Origin: an uncultured Chloroflexia bacterium
GTDB lineage: Bacteria; Chloroflexota; Anaerolineae; Anaerolineales; E44-bin32
Length of the DNA stretch: 64,000 nt
Direction: 5' to 3'
Assembly (NCBI GenBank): GCA_963743255.1
Contig: CAVUPD010000001.1
Coordinates: 25,025 to 89,024, forward strand
Position numbers and translations under genes: made by a program. This document shows positions 62,963-64,000 of the stretch, piece after piece (the first letter of the stretch is position 1; every line of letters starts with the position of its first letter). The notes under the pieces are model-generated. The model had not been told where the DNA came from, did not search any database, and saw only the letters and a program-made list of their open reading frames with translations.

Positions 62963-63439
62963 GCCCAACAAACTCGCCCATGCCCTTGAGAAGCACCACC
63001 CCCCCTCGGCCCTAGAAGGACACTAGGGCCTTCGACATTGGAAGACCACCCCCGCCTACTGCGCCCCACCAAGTATGCGGGGCCTGCGGCGGGGCCAATG
63101 GCAGGGCCTTCGGCTGACCCCCGGGGACAACGTCCCGCCTACTACGCCCCACTTTGAACGTGGGGCCTACGGCGATACCCCGGCAAGGCCATCCAGGACG
63201 AACGGCCTACGGCGGGACCCCGGTCCGGACATAAGGGATAAACGCTCCACGACTGACCCGGCGGGCTGGGCCTTCGGTGATGCTTGTCCTGCGCGCTGGC
63301 GAGGCGTAGAGTGGTAGGAGTCTGCCCGCTTCCGCCCGGCAGCTTCCCACTTAGGACGTGGGACCTTGTCCTGCAACGAGCGAAGGATCTTCGATCCTGC
63401 AATGAGCGCAGGACCTTCGGTTGCTTGAGGCCGATAGGC
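62963..63439 (+). repeat. attC-like site 3, expanded (477 nt) with degenerate R' core
   Basis: Starts GCCCAACAAACTCGCC and ends GAGGCCGATAGGCGGCT (GAT instead of GTT). It contains the family arms TGACCCGGCGGGCTGGGCC (63254) and TGCCCGCTTCCGCCCGGCAGCTT (~63323), plus extra internal hairpin repeats. Confidence 0.5.
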
Positions 63440-63568
63440 GGCTTCCATTGCTGAGGGCCGCAGAGGCATGCGACAGTCGGCCCCCTGTCACGTTACTCCC
63501 AAGGACCGTGCAACTGGGAGGGTATCTGCAGATTCTCGCCCGATAGACTGCCGATGGAGGCAATCAGG

Positions 63569-64000
63569 ATGAAGGCAGGCAAGCTCGTTCTACTCCTTGC
63601 TGTCGCGCTGATGGCGGGGTGTACCACCGGACCTTCTGCCCCAGCGGCTCCTCTCCCAGCCGCGGTGATCTCGACACCGCCTTCGACCAGTGCAACGCTA
63701 CCAGTACCAGTGATAGCGACAGCCACACCGCTCGTTCCCAAGGAGCGCCCGGGCACAGTCTGGGTAGTCGCCTCCGATACTCTTGCGGGCTATGCATTGC
63801 GGTCGTTCCTCCAGATCCCGGTCGGTATGACATGGGGCCCCGACCATAAGCTCTACATCGCCGACTGGTCCGGGCACCATGTCGTCCGTGCAGACAAGAG
63901 CGGCGTGATAGACGATCTTCCATTTTGGGCCGCAATCAAGGAATTCCAGGATGACGGCCCGAGATCCGTTGCCTTTGACTCGGCGGGGAACCTGTATGTC
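63569..64000 (+). CDS. lipoprotein with NHL/SMP-30-like beta-propeller repeats, N-terminal 144 codons; 3' end outside window
   Basis: Own translation: MKAGKLVLLLAVALMAGCTTGPSAP...GMTWGPDHKLYIADWSGHHVVRADKSG...PRSVAFDSAGNLYV. GGAGGCAATCAGG precedes the ATG. Not in the ORF track because there is no stop in the window. Confidence 0.7.
   Translation, partial: MKAGKLVLLLAVALMAGCTTGPSAPAAPLPAAVISTPPSTSATLPVPVIATATPLVPKERPGTVWVVASDTLAGYALRSFLQIPVGMTWGPDHKLYIADWSGHHVVRADKSGVIDDLPFWAAIKEFQDDGPRSVAFDSAGNLYV

Larger units (their letters stand above)
59753..63439 (+). mobile_element. integron-type gene-cassette array (3 attC-like sites, 4 cassette ORFs), no integrase in window (CALIN-like)
   Basis: Lone GTTAGGC at 59753, then ORF(s)+attC units: DUF1801 + attC 60396..60526; membrane protein + cupin + attC 62111..62267; cyclophilin + attC-like 62963..63439. 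All ORFs are on the + strand. GC is visibly lower than in the flanks. See findings. Confidence 0.65.

Overview
High-GC (~66-68%) bacterial chromosomal window. Gene content and repeat style suggest a Chloroflexota-like organism, but that is inference only. I support about 58 protein genes, one tRNA-Val and one tandem glycine riboswitch. From left to right the window holds:
- an Lrp-headed amino-acid/polyamine catabolic cluster (APC permease, saccharopine-dehydrogenase-like enzyme, three tandem class-III aminotransferases);
- membrane proteins, a secreted zinc protease and tpx;
- two tandem Flp-type pilin genes;
- an uninterrupted ~1040-codon SHMT-GcvT fusion;
- an esterase, an M1 peptidase and tRNA-Val;
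- RpiR, a methyltransferase, FAH, dcd, MFS, an M29 aminopeptidase, two Ser/Thr kinases and azlCD;
- a riboswitch-controlled gcvH-gcvPA-gcvPB operon;
- a threonine-dehydrogenase-like SDR, alr, an SLC13 transporter, tgt, uppP and a tryptophanase-like lyase;
- MFS transporters and an ABC exporter pair.
The most interesting feature lies at 59.75-63.44 kb. It is a lower-GC array of small same-strand ORFs, each followed by an attC-like imperfect palindrome (RYYYAAC...GTTRRRY). This looks like an integron-type cassette array with no integrase in view. A decayed copy of the same element lies at ~52.1 kb.
About 22 genes are interrupted by roughly 35 single-base frameshifts. The four junctions I reconstructed are all +1 insertions in short base runs. 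I therefore read them as probable sequence errors and report full-length gene spans, flagged as frameshifted. No CRISPR array, rRNA, transposase or recombinase was seen.
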